From positions 79,732,001 to 79,796,000 of the forward strand of contig OZ024746.1 in the NCBI GenBank assembly GCA_964016885.1: DNA of 64,000 bases. Reading direction: 5' to 3'. The stretch comes from Eledone cirrhosa (taxonomy: Eukaryota). Numbering within the stretch: position 1 is the stretch's first letter; each line of letters begins with the position of its first letter. Shown in pieces: positions 10,765-21,920 of this stretch. A program made the translations under genes and the position numbers. The notes below the pieces were generated by a model that did not search any database, was not told the origin of the DNA, and saw only the letters and a program-made list of their open reading frames with translations.

Positions 10765-13236
10765 CTACAGGCTGATATAGAGAGAAGGCCCATTCACTCG
10801 GGCCATTCTCGCTACTTTCACCCATCTTTCATAAAACTTGCTGGGGTAGAGCACCTCTCTCTCCCTTCTAATCCTTCTTCTAAAGTGGTACTTGAAAAAA
10901 AAGACCAGTTGTTGGCCGGAGAGATAGGTGTCTGACCTCAGCCCTTTCAACCTTGTCCACCATACAACTTCTTTCGCCATGGCTATCCCACAGAGGAAAA
11001 CCGCCTCTCCTTCGTTTTTGAAAGGGGGAGGCGGTTTGATTGTGACAATGTTCTCGGTGGTCAACCGGATTGGTCCCACCCGCGACAGTAGTCGTTCTAC
11101 ATAGCCCCACAGGTCAGCAACGCCCGGGCAGTGTACGAATGCGTGTGCGACGGTTTCCTCGTCCCGCACGCATCTTGGACAGATCTTCTTCGAGGGGTCA
11201 CTACCCGGGCGCCCGTGTCTGTAGAGCTTGTCCCGAACGGGTAGAGCTCCTCGGTAACATTGCCAAGCCAGGGACTTTTGGAAGTTGTCCATCGGTCCCG
11301 GGCTAAACGTCCTACCGAACAGACTGGCCATCTCGTCTTCCTCCATGCCCAGAGCCTCTCCGAGAGCGTCGTCGCACTTACTGCGCACCAACCCTCTATA
11401 GAATGTTGAGGTTGAGTCTCCACTGATTGCCGGGTCCGCTTGCCAGAGGGCCGTGAGCGCCTGGGCACATTCAATATGCCGGTCGCCCACTTTTCTCGGT
11501 CTTTGCTTGACCCAGGATTGCAGCTCGGTGAGTGAGACGAGTCTCGGAAAGGCTCGCCTCACAAACAGGGCCCACACCGGTTGACCGGTGAGGAATACCT
11601 GGAGGTGCCGTAGCCTTAATGCGTGTCTACGCATCGTCAGCCACGTCATCCCCAGCCCTCCGTTCGGAGGGTGTTGACAGCAGATGGATCTTCTCACCAA
11701 AGGAGCCCGCTTCTTCCAAAGAAATCGGAAGAGCGCGCGCTCCATTTTGGCGAGTGTTTTCTCTGGGCAAGGCACGACGGTCAAGCGGTAGTAGATGACG
11801 GACGCTATATAAGCGTTCGCCACCTCCGCTCGACCTTTCAGGGATAGTTTGCACTCGGCCCACTTCTGGGCGAGTGCAAACACCTTGCCCGTTACCTCGT
11901 CCCAGTTTTTCTCCACCTGGAGGTCCGGTCCGAACCAGACCCCGAGCAGCTTCACCGGTCCCTCCGTCCAGCGTCCGACGATGCCGTCGGAGGGCATCGA
12001 TTTGCCCCTCCACGTCCCGAGCTGCAAACCGACGGACTTGTCCCGGTTCAGCTTGGCTCCTGTGAACCTTTCATACTCCTCCAGTAAGGTGCCGATCTGC
12101 CCGATTTCCGAGGCGCACGACACCATTACTGTCACGTCATCGGCGTAGGCCGACACCGCTTTCCGCAATCCCGGTTCCAAGGGGATGCCCTGCAACAGCT
12201 CCAGCTTTCGCAGTAGTGGCTCGAAAGCCAGCACATACAGGAGGGAGGATAGAGGGCATCCCTGTCGAATGGATCGCGTGACTTGGAACGGCTCCGAGAG
12301 GTAGCCGTTCACCTTGACCCTCGAGCAGGTGTTGCTGCTGTGCATTGCAGCAATCCAGCCCCTGAAAACGGGTCCGAAGCCTGCCGCCGCGAGCACCGCA
12401 TCCAGGTACCGATGGTCAACCCTATCGAACGCTTTAGATTGATCCAAGTTGATCAGGGCCCCACCAAAGCCGGGTTCGTTCCCTACCCTCTCTACGATGT
12501 ATCGCATGAGGTGGAGGTTGTCGTGTATGGACCTGGACGGGATTGCGCATGTCTGCGCTTCTCCCACCAGGTTCCCGACGACAAGCGCCAACCTCTTCGC
12601 TAACACCTTGGCCAAAATCTTTAACTCTGTGTTTAGCAGAGTTATTGGCCTGAAGTTATCTATGTCATCCCCCTTGTTCTCGTCCTTCCTCACCAGCGTG
12701 ACTACACCCTTGGTCACAGAACTGGGAATTCTCCCGTTCTGTTGCCAGTTGCAGTAGACCGCCTCGAGGAGACCGGAAAACAAGCCCGGCATCGCTACAT
12801 AAAGTTCGTATGGTAGACCATCGAGACCCGGAGATTTGCGTTTGCCGCATTGGCTCAGCGCTTCCCCTATTTCAGCGGCTGAAATCGGCCTCTCGCAGGA
12901 CTTCGCCTCCCCGTCCGAGAGCCGCGCCAGACCGTCGAGGTATGGACCGAAATCCATGGCCCCACCCGGCCCGCCGCCTCTCCCGAACAGTCGTGCAAAG
13001 CGCCGTTGAAAGGCCGCGCACATCCGCTCAGGTTCAAGGATCACGCGTCCATCCTGGTCCTTCAAAGACCGAATCGTAGACTTGTTTCCACTTTTTGCCT
13101 CTGTCACTCTGGCCCAGCTAACAGCTTTGGCTCCCTCGTTACCCAGAGCACGTATTTTACTCCTGACAACGCAGCCCTCGTGCTTCGCATCAAAGAACTG
13201 GTCTAGGGCCGTTCTTGACGCCAGCACGCCGGCCAC
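10765..13236 (-). CDS. ORF2 open portion: reverse transcriptase and C-terminal zinc finger of the Tx1-like LINE
   Basis: KSPGLDGL, NFRPITLLN, LDQSKAFDRV, IRQGCPLS, AYADDVTV, KLLGV motifs and CPRC..ETVAHAFVHC; 823 aa open, but only the downstream part of ORF2. Confidence 0.93.
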   Translation of the reverse strand: MAGVLASRTALDQFFDAKHEGCVVRSKIRALGNEGAKAVSWARVTEAKSGNKSTIRSLKDQDGRVILEPERMCAAFQRRFARLFGRGGGPGGAMDFGPYLDGLARLSDGEAKSCERPISAAEIGEALSQCGKRKSPGLDGLPYELYVAMPGLFSGLLEAVYCNWQQNGRIPSSVTKGVVTLVRKDENKGDDIDNFRPITLLNTELKILAKVLAKRLALVVGNLVGEAQTCAIPSRSIHDNLHLMRYIVERVGNEPGFGGALINLDQSKAFDRVDHRYLDAVLAAAGFGPVFRGWIAAMHSSNTCSRVKVNGYLSEPFQVTRSIRQGCPLSSLLYVLAFEPLLRKLELLQGIPLEPGLRKAVSAYADDVTVMVSCASEIGQIGTLLEEYERFTGAKLNRDKSVGLQLGTWRGKSMPSDGIVGRWTEGPVKLLGVWFGPDLQVEKNWDEVTGKVFALAQKWAECKLSLKGRAEVANAYIASVIYYRLTVVPCPEKTLAKMERALFRFLWKKRAPLVRRSICCQHPPNGGLGMTWLTMRRHALRLRHLQVFLTGQPVWALFVRRAFPRLVSLTELQSWVKQRPRKVGDRHIECAQALTALWQADPAISGDSTSTFYRGLVRSKCDDALGEALGMEEDEMASLFGRTFSPGPMDNFQKSLAWQCYRGALPVRDKLYRHGRPGSDPSKKICPRCVRDEETVAHAFVHCPGVADLWGYVERLLSRVGPIRLTTENIVTIKPPPPFKNEGEAVFLCGIAMAKEVVWWTRLKGLRSDTYLSGQQLVFFFKYHFRRRIRREREVLYPSKFYERWVKVARMARVNGPSLYISL

Positions 13237-14199
13237 GTTGCCACTCCTAATCGCCTATTCTACTCTATTTGTTAATTCCCTTTCAGTTCTATTCCTATTA
13301 GATGCTAATTCCCGACTAAAACCTATCGATTCTATTCTTATTTCTCTCTTGAGAGAGCCCCACCACCTGTTGTTGACAATTGCCCCGTCAAACGCTGCTT
13401 AACTAGTGTGCTAATCCGCTTACTGTAAGCTTTGTTTGTCGGTAAAGACAAGTTTAGCTTCCAGTAACCGGGTCCCTGTCTATGAGTTCTATCAAGGTTG
13501 ACCACTCCGGTCAACAACTTGTGATCCGAATAGTCAACCATGAACATTCGTGGACAGCTTAATATGTCCCTATCCTTATTTCTAACTAAGAACCTATCTA
13601 GGTACGACCTAGATGTTCCACTGCGATTACTCCACGTCCACCGTGGCACAGTCAGAAAATCCAGTCGATATCTATCGGCCAGATCAAATCGGCCGATTAA
13701 TCGTTTGAGGCTGTTACACCCCCTCTATCGGGACATGCCCCTACATAGTCCCAACGTGCATCCAGGATACCATTCCAGTCCCCCACTAAAAGCAAGGAGC
13801 GAGACGTTCCCAGGAAATTCTCCAGGCGTCGGAAGAAGTCCGGTCGCGGTGTCCCCGATGGGGCATACGCTGCCACCAGCCTGAAAGCTCCACCTTCACC
13901 ACTGCCGACGTCTAAACCACCAGTCGACCCTCCGGGTCCAGGTGTACCTTCTGTGTGGCAAGACCCAGGTATTTTTGCAGCAGAACGACAACCCCACCCC
14001 CACCCCTCGGCTGACAGAGAGATGCGTAGATCTCAAAGTCGTCGAAGATGGGGTCCAGTTGGCGCTCGCTGCTGATCCTGGACTCGCAAATAACCATTAC
14101 ATCCACTCTGTGTGACCTGAGGTCATTTAAGAGTTTGCCCTGTTTCCAGGACATCCCCAAGCCGCGTGCATTCACACATCCAACTCTTATATTGGCCAT
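13237..14199 (-). pseudogene. ORF2 N-terminal APE endonuclease and linker, disrupted
   Basis: MANIRVGCVNARGL..ICESR..GGGGVVVL, then WTWSN..SRSYLDRFLV..YSDHKLL..GPGYWKLN in other frames; frameshifts near 13915, ~13750 and ~13390 and a TAG near 13256. Confidence 0.9.
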
Positions 14200-14241
14200 G
14201 TTGGTGCTGAAGAGGTAAAAAGGAAGAGGAAAGGAAATTAC

Positions 14242-16008
14242 TTACCTCTTCGTCTCCTGGGGGCCAGGCTGCACAATTTCCATGGGGGTGTTGGAAGGGT
14301 TGTTTGGTGGGGTGGTGGTTTGTGGTGGGGTGAGGACATCAGTGTGTGGTGGGATTGGGGTGTTTGGTGAGGTGTGGGTGTCTGGTGTAGGGGTGGGGAA
14401 ACATCTCAATAGGACGCTGTTATGTGGTTTGGTGCAGTTGGTCCCCACATGCATTGGATGGTTCTTTTTCTAAGTTACATAGGTTTCCGTTGGGACCCTA
14501 ATCATCATTAGGTGCGGTTTGTTCGCTGCGTAGGGGAAAGTGATCCCTTCGGTTTCCACTGAAGGGTTATTTTCTATCGCTTTCATCAACGTTTTATTGT
14601 TCTTGTTAATGTATGTATAGAGTTTTTGTTGTGTTGTGTTTGTTTTTGTTTGTTGTTCTTGCGGGTGTTTGCGTTTTATAGTACGTGTTATGTTTTGGGG
14701 AGGGGTGGGTTTTTTTATTTGTGATGTTTGTTCTGTTTGTGCTGGTGGCTGTGTGTTTGTGGCATTTTTGTTAATGTGGTGCCTTTTTTTTTCCTTTTCA
14801 CCTGTTGAAAGGGTTCTCCCTCGTCGTCACTAGGTGACGTTGATACGGAGTCCTCTTCCGTGTTGTTGGGGAGGGGTATATTTTGGGTTTTGTTGTGGTT
14901 GCTTTTGTATTTGTTTTAGGTGGGGAGGGGTTGGGTGGAACAGTGTTTTGTGTTGTTATTTTTCCGTGTTGTTGTGGTGGTGGTGGTGGTGGTTGTGTTG
15001 TTGTGTTCGGGGTTGGCAGAAGAGCCTTTTTTTTTTACTCGTTAATTGAGGACAGGCAGCCCTCAGGTGACCCCTGCTTAAGCAGTGGTAACATGACGGC
15101 CGCCTTCCCTCCACTGAAATGTTTATATAAGTTAGCCCGTCCAGAGGCACGCGTTGTGGGATATTCGCTATTCGTTCTGGGCTCATTTGCACCAGAACTT
15201 CTATTGTGGTCCCACCAAATACACCTCCGGAGGACTTTCCTATTGAAATTATCTTGTCTTCGTCAAAGTTTATTATTCCACATAGTATCCACCAAATGTT
15301 TACATTTGGTGTGATACTCATTATTTTTATTCTTTGTGTCCTTTTTCCCCTGTATGTGGGGTAAAAGGTGAAGTGGGGGGACACAATGGGTGCTATCGAG
15401 TACTTTTGTGCTGTTGACTGGTTGTTCATCAGCACCGAAATGCTACCAAACAGTTTACCTTTTTGTATGAAGGTTAAGTCCTTCATTGCGTCTTTTAGAA
15501 CCAGCTCAATTTCATTTTGTGATAATTGACCTGGTTTTCTTGTTACGTTCGATATTGTCCTGAAAACCACAGTTTTCAGGACAGCCTCTCTACGTAATTC
15601 CTGTGGAGAATTGATGCTAAAAGCACCGTTTTCGCCAAAAGTGACGAATTGTTTTGCGTCTTGTAATAGTTGTTTAGCATTTGTTATGTCTATTGGCGTG
15701 TATAGTTCGTTTTTTTTTACGGTCTGTGCAAATGTTGTTTTGGTGTTGTTGTCTTTCGTGTTACTGTCACTGTTGGTAATATTGGTGTTGCTATTGTTGC
15801 AGTTGTTGGTTGTGGTGTTGTTGTGATTGTTCTTGTTGTTGGTGCTGGTATTATTTGCCGGATTTGGTTTCGCGGTTTCGATATTTTCCACGTTTTTCGA
15901 TGATGCGAGGGGGGACGGCTGCAAGCTTTGTACTCCTACCTTCCCTCCACCACTTTTCTTAGTGGGCGTGGCACTCACGACAGTGTGCGAAGTGGAAATG
16001 GCATCCAT
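14242..16008 (-). pseudogene. ORF1 (gag-like, CCHC zinc knuckle) of the Tx1-like LINE, disrupted in its 3' half
   Basis: ATG at 16008 (MDAISTSH..), GRRPSCYHCLSRGHLRAAC knuckle, probable slip at A-run ~15030, Pro/Thr-rich C-terminus ending QPGPQETKR* at 14242. Confidence 0.82.
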
Positions 16009-16209
16009 TGCCACCAAGTCTACAGTTTTTAGATGAAAATTTAAAATTTCGCCCCAGAAAGGGGCGAAAATTTGTTGGCTTAACGTCTGACGGCCAAGGC
16101 AAGGGGCTAAACCAAACAATGTTATTAAATTGATCAATAAACTCACAGTTTTTTTTTACAACAATCCGTAAGAATCCGGAGCAAAGTAAATCACGTCTAT
16201 ATCAAGTGG

Positions 16210-16600
16210 TAATTGATATAGAGAGTGTAGATATAGAGAGGGGTAGATTTCAATGAAGGCAGATGTAATGAGGGGGTTGGGAGAGATGCATATTACTAAA
16301 TATAGAGAGCGGGGTTGGGAGAGACAGTGTCGTAAAAGATATAGAAGGGGAGTTTTTGATGGAGAGAGAGAGAACGATTGCGAGAGAGTGTGGTAGAGAT
16401 GGCGAGGGGGGTTGGAAATGATTGATATAAAGAGGGGTGTTAGGAGAGTGTTTTAGATTTTAGATATAGAGAGAAGGAGAATCTTTTTGTTGTAGATATA
16501 CTGAGAGGGATAATGGAAGAGTGCCGTGTAGTAGATATAGAGAAGGGGAGAGTGTGGTTTTAGGAGATACAGAGAAGGTGATTAAAAGAGAGTTTTGTGT
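16210..16600 (+). repeat. Degenerate GATATAGAGAG-GA-rich minisatellite, right part
   Basis: Same units as 10290-10526. Confidence 0.65.
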
Positions 16601-16814
16601 GATATACATATAGTTTGTAATGTTTTCCTTTTGTCATATGTAATGTGTTTTTTTAATGTAAAATAGAATAATTATTAGATTCCCCGGCAGCTGTATCAAT
16701 ATGAATCACTTATAATAAAATTTCGGCGGAGTTAGATTAGCAAAATTTAATAAGTTGTGTGTTGGAATATCAAACGGGGGACTTGGAAAAAATCCGAAAA
16801 ATTAATAAACTTCA

Positions 16815-17185
16815 GCATTCAGTAATCAGAAGAAGGGCGGTATGTGTAAAAGCCAAATTCACGGTCTTCAAATCGGTTTTTGTGCCAACTTTTACCTATG
16901 GTTATGAATCTTGGGTAATGGCCGAAAGAATACAATCGCGAATACAAACGGCCGAAATGGGGTTCCTCCGAAGGATCTTTGGAGTAACGTTACTCGATTG
17001 AGTGTGTAGCTCAGAGATCAGAGAATCACTCCAGTCAGAGTCGTTACATCTCCGAATTGATGGGCCAAATACTATGGGCGTGTGGTTAGAATGTCACAGG
17101 TAAATATCGCTGGACAGATTTTACGGGCGAAACCAACAGGTAGCAAACGCAGGGGTAGTCCCCGAGCAAGATTGTTGGATAACAT
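16815..17185 (+). mobile_element. RTE-clade LINE fragment (Expander/Rex3-like RT C-terminus)
   Basis: AKFTVFKSVFVPTFTYGYESWVM..RIQTAEMGFLRRIFGVTLLD*V.SSEIRESL..YYGRVVRM..RRGSPRARLLD. Confidence 0.85.
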
Positions 17186-17560
17186 ATATTTCTATATATT
17201 TATCTGTAGTTAAATATAAAGAGTAATTTGTCTTGAAGGAAGGAGATCGTTTAAGAATGAGGAATGTATATATGGAATTTATGCTAAAATAGTTTAGTTT
17301 AAGAGTATCTATAAATCAAAGAATTAATATATTATTTAAACTAAATTAGCTATGGTTTATATGTATATGAGCCAAATTTCTTTAATATAATTCTGAGTGC
17401 ATGTGTAACTGACTTTCATTTTATCTTTATTAAAGTGTTTGCGGGTAAGAATGAATGGGAGGGAAAAGTTTACACATAAGATATAGGAAATTTGCAGCCA
17501 TAATATTTAAAGAGTGACAGTGTTTCTGTATCATTCTTGCCTTCAATAGTAGCACCATAT

Positions 17561-17646
<86 letters not shown>

Positions 17647-17679
17647 TGTGCCTGTGTGTGTGTGTGTGTGTGTCTGTGC

Positions 17680-17746
<67 letters not shown>

Positions 17747-17888
17747 TGTGTATGCATATTTGAATTATACACTATCCCACGCTCTTTATCTCTTTCTAAC
17801 TCAATCGGACTACACAATTCCCACTTTCTCTCTTACTCTTCCTACCAACTCTCTTTCTCTTTCCCTCACTCTCTCACTCTCTCTTCCT

Positions 17889-17927
<39 letters not shown>

Positions 17928-18177
17928 CTCTCTCTGTGCCTACCTTTCTATCTATCTGTCCTCAAAGTGTAATTACGTCAGAGTTAGTCAGACACACACT
18001 TAATCCCTCTTAATACCATTTGTAAGCGTCTCTCCGTATGACAACAACGTTGGTGGTGGATTAAGGATTAATAATAATGCTTGTACCGAATTAATATTTC
18101 TTTCTGACGCTTTCATCTCCCTACCTCAAACACTCTTTCTTCTTCTTCTTCTTCTTCTTCTTCTTCTTCTTCTTCTT

Positions 18178-18208
<31 letters not shown>

Positions 18209-18954
18209 ACATTATTATTAACATTATTATTATTATTTGGTTCTGTATCGAACACACGTGTTTTACTTCGCTCCGAAGGTAGGTCCTATTTTATCAATAA
18301 TTTAACACGCAGTACAGTTCTGGAAACACCTAGTTCTTATTTATTGTGTTCCATGATGTCCCCACTTTGCACTGTATGGGTTGCCCTTTCCTATTTCTGC
18401 CTCCAGGGTAGAAATTACCGAAATTAATTTTCTTCTTTAAAATAATCTTTTGGACCTCTTCTTCGCCGTGTGACCGTGAAGTGCGGACACAATCATTACA
18501 GTCACCACCAGCATTGAAAATGTGTGTCAGCTGGCGAGCCAGGTAGTCAAACAGCAAGTCAGGTTGTCGGTCAGCCAAAAACCAGACAGCCAACCTGATA
18601 AGCAGTCAACGCCGGACCAGCCCACCATCCAATCAACCAGCCCTTCTCACATCCCAACCAGCCTGTCCGTCAGCCAGCCAAATTCCAAGCCCTTTAGCTA
18701 ACCAGCAACATTTCGCAGGTGTCGTCCAAAACTCGGAGAGACTACCCTATGCCAAAGATCTGGTAAGGGTAGCCTGTTTTCGTAGGAAAATAAAACGGCT
18801 AGAGAATCACCCTTCAGACTACATCAGAGGTAACAGAGGAGGCACGCCTCCTCACACAAACGTATCAGATAGCAGGTGCGAAGTAACAGAAAGTCGAATG
18901 CACCACCAAATCGAACATACAAAAGTCCCTTGGATGTGTAGGGGAGTGAAAAAC

Positions 18955-19098
18955 GCCGAGGTTAGCTTTGCTTTTCATCCTTATGGAGTCTATAGAAATA
19001 AAGTATCAGCAATGCACTGGGATAGAATTAATCGCCTTTCTCTCTTCCCAAATTGATGGCCTTGTGCCTATATAAGAAACCATTATTTCTTCTCTTTT

Positions 19099-19167
<69 letters not shown>

Positions 19168-19690
19168 CCTGCCCTCAAATTGATGGTCTTGCGACTAAAC
19201 CAGAAATTATTATTATTATTTCTTCTCTTTTTAGGCCGGTGGATTGGAAATGTCGGTAGAGGGCCGGACACCATGCTTTGCAGCATAGAGTTACGGTCCT
19301 TTATAATCTGAGTTCAGATCCCGCTGAGGTTAACTTTGCCTTTCATCCTTACGGGGTCGATAAAATAAAGTACCAGTCACGCACTGGGGTCGATTTAATC
19401 GACTTTCCCCTCCGCCAAAATTGCTGGCCTTGTGCCTATATAAGAAACAATTATTTGTTCTCTCTTTAGGGCAGTGGATTGGCAGTATCGGTAAAGGGTC
19501 GGACGGCATGCTTTGCAGCATAGAGTTACGGCCCTTTATGATCTGAGTTCAAATCCCGCCGAGGTAAATTTTGCCTTTCATCCTTACTGAGTCGATAAAA
19601 TAAAGTACCAATCACGAACTGGGGTCGATTTAATCGACTTTCCCCTCCCCCAAAACTGCCTGGTGCCTATATAAGAAACGATTATTTCTT
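18955..19690 (+). mobile_element. Cluster of head-to-tail SINE copies (partial 18955-19095; long-form 19232-19455 and 19468-19690)
   Basis: Same family as 1732-1919; long form has an extra GGGGTCGATTTAATCGACTTTCCCCTCC segment; each ends in a TTATT..TTCTCT tail. Confidence 0.88.
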
Positions 19691-20239
19691 CTCTTTTTGC
19701 TGCTGCTGCTAGTACTACTACTACTACTACTACTACTACTATTACAACTACTACTCCTACTGATATTTTTATGTGTGTATATCTAGTTGGTGTTTTTTCA
19801 TTTATAAGTCATGCTGTGAGAAGTAAACAAATGAAAACACTTTTTTTTATCTCTCCTTGCACACTCACAGAAATGTCGTGATTGTACTGACAAGCTGCAT
19901 TTCTATTTGAAAATTCAGGAAATAATATAAACCCTTATTGTCTATCAACATAGAGACTGGTAGCATATAGTTATTTATATTACACAAAAACATTAACTAA
20001 ATCTCAGCTGAAATGAAAAAAAAACTTAACTTGAATGAAAGTACATTAATTAGCAGCATCGTTATGTCATTTCTCAGTTATTTTATTTGCACCACAACAT
20101 ATACTGGATAACTGGAAATATCTCTAGTTTTTAGTATAGATATATGGACAATTTTTTAAAATTATATGTAAGTACAGTAAGTATATATATGCATATATGT
20201 ATACGTAATTATACACATATATGCGCACACGTACATATA

Positions 20240-20317
<78 letters not shown>

Positions 20318-20614
20318 AGCATGTATATATATATATGAGTGTGTGTGTGCGTGCGTGTGTGTGTGCGTGTGTGTGTGTGCGTGTGTGTGTGTATCTATGT
20401 TTGTATATGTTCAAATGAGAATAGCTGTGTATGTGTGCGTGTACATTACCTGCTTATATAATTGTTTATGTAAGAATGTAATTATATTGTATTCATCTAT
20501 ATATGATACATTGGTTTCATACACGCATACGCACACACATATACAAACACCCCCACCATCGCACACACACTCACACATACACCCACGCATGCACACATAC
20601 CTACACCCCCGCCC

Positions 20615-20651
<37 letters not shown>

Positions 20652-20656
20652 CTCTG

Positions 20657-20692
<36 letters not shown>

Positions 20693-20785
20693 TATATATA
20701 TACATACATATATATATATATATATATACACGTACATACATCTCATATTTATATATGTGTATGTGTATATATGTATATATATATT

Positions 20786-20845
<60 letters not shown>

Positions 20846-20858
20846 CATATATATATAC

Positions 20859-21030
<172 letters not shown>

Positions 21031-21554
21031 TTAAAGAGAAAATTTGATCGTTATTGAGGTGGATGGATGGTGTTTGGCGAGAGGTGGAGGATGGAGGAGA
21101 AAATATATGTATAAAAATAAACTGAAAATAAACTATCATTGAATTAGGTACGCCATAAATTCTTTGTTTCCTGTTATTCAAATATACATTTTTCTGTTTA
21201 ATGGCCGTTTCCTTTAGACACAAACAGATTTGCTATTGTTGCGGATAATACCAATATATAAATCAACAGATAAAATTGATAAATTGATAGACAAATAAAT
21301 TTATCGAAATATCGATCAATGCTTTCTATCACTTTGTTTAAAATCATAAATAGAGCCTAACGATAGTTTTTTTTTTTAAGTTTTTTGTAATATTTTTTGT
21401 ATTTTTATTATTATTATTATTCATAATTTCTTTTTTTTTTTTTTTAATTTTTTTTTTCATAGTGAAGAGTTTGCTTAATATAGATAGAATTAGCTGTCAG
21501 TTGTGATTATACGATAAATAGCATTATCAATATTTATTTCGAACCAAATAGAGA

Positions 21555-21715
21555 TAGTTTGGCAGAATCGTTAAAATGGCGAATACATAAGTATCCTGGT
21601 ACGTAACTTTACGTTCTAAGTTCGACTCCTAGCGAGGTAAACTTTACGTTTCATTTTACGGATGTCGATTAAATAAAGTACCCGACAAGTACAGGATTTG
21701 ATAAAATAAAGTACC
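21555..21715 (+). mobile_element. Degenerate SINE copy; other decayed copies at ~810-910, 22133-22270, 22960-23400 and 28090-28165
   Basis: TTGGCAGAATCGTT..GTTCGACTCC..AACTTT..TTTCAT..GTCGAT.AAATAAAGTACC. Confidence 0.6.
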
Positions 21716-21737
21716 ATCCGTGTTTCTAGCTCGATGT

Positions 21738-21920
21738 AAATGGCTCTTCTAGCGCATCTCCCTTACCATCCTTCGGGGAAACGCCTTCTCCATTCTGTCC
21801 GCCGGAGCTGTGGAGCAGCCAGCACGTGGGACCCCATTTGCTCACAATACAGAGAGATGGGGAGGGCGAAAGAGATGGAGGTGATGACAGTAGGAGTTCG
21901 GCTCTTCCGTAGTCGGACAC
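21738..21920 (+). mobile_element. 3' end of a CRE-clade (restriction-like endonuclease) LINE
   Basis: KWLF*RISLTILRGNAFSILSAG.. matches the CRE C-terminal FQRISLAIQRGNA motif; homologous to 29349-29475. Confidence 0.75.

Larger units (their letters stand above)
10527..16205 (-). mobile_element. Near full-length Tx1/L1-clade non-LTR retrotransposon
   Basis: 5' UTR, CCHC-knuckle ORF1, ORF2 with APE endonuclease + RT + C-terminal CCHC, 3' UTR ending AATAAATAGAAAT. Confidence 0.95.

Noticed and set aside
10880-13402. Many overlapping 60-130-aa ORFs
   Set aside because: Shadow frames of the GC-rich RT coding sequence
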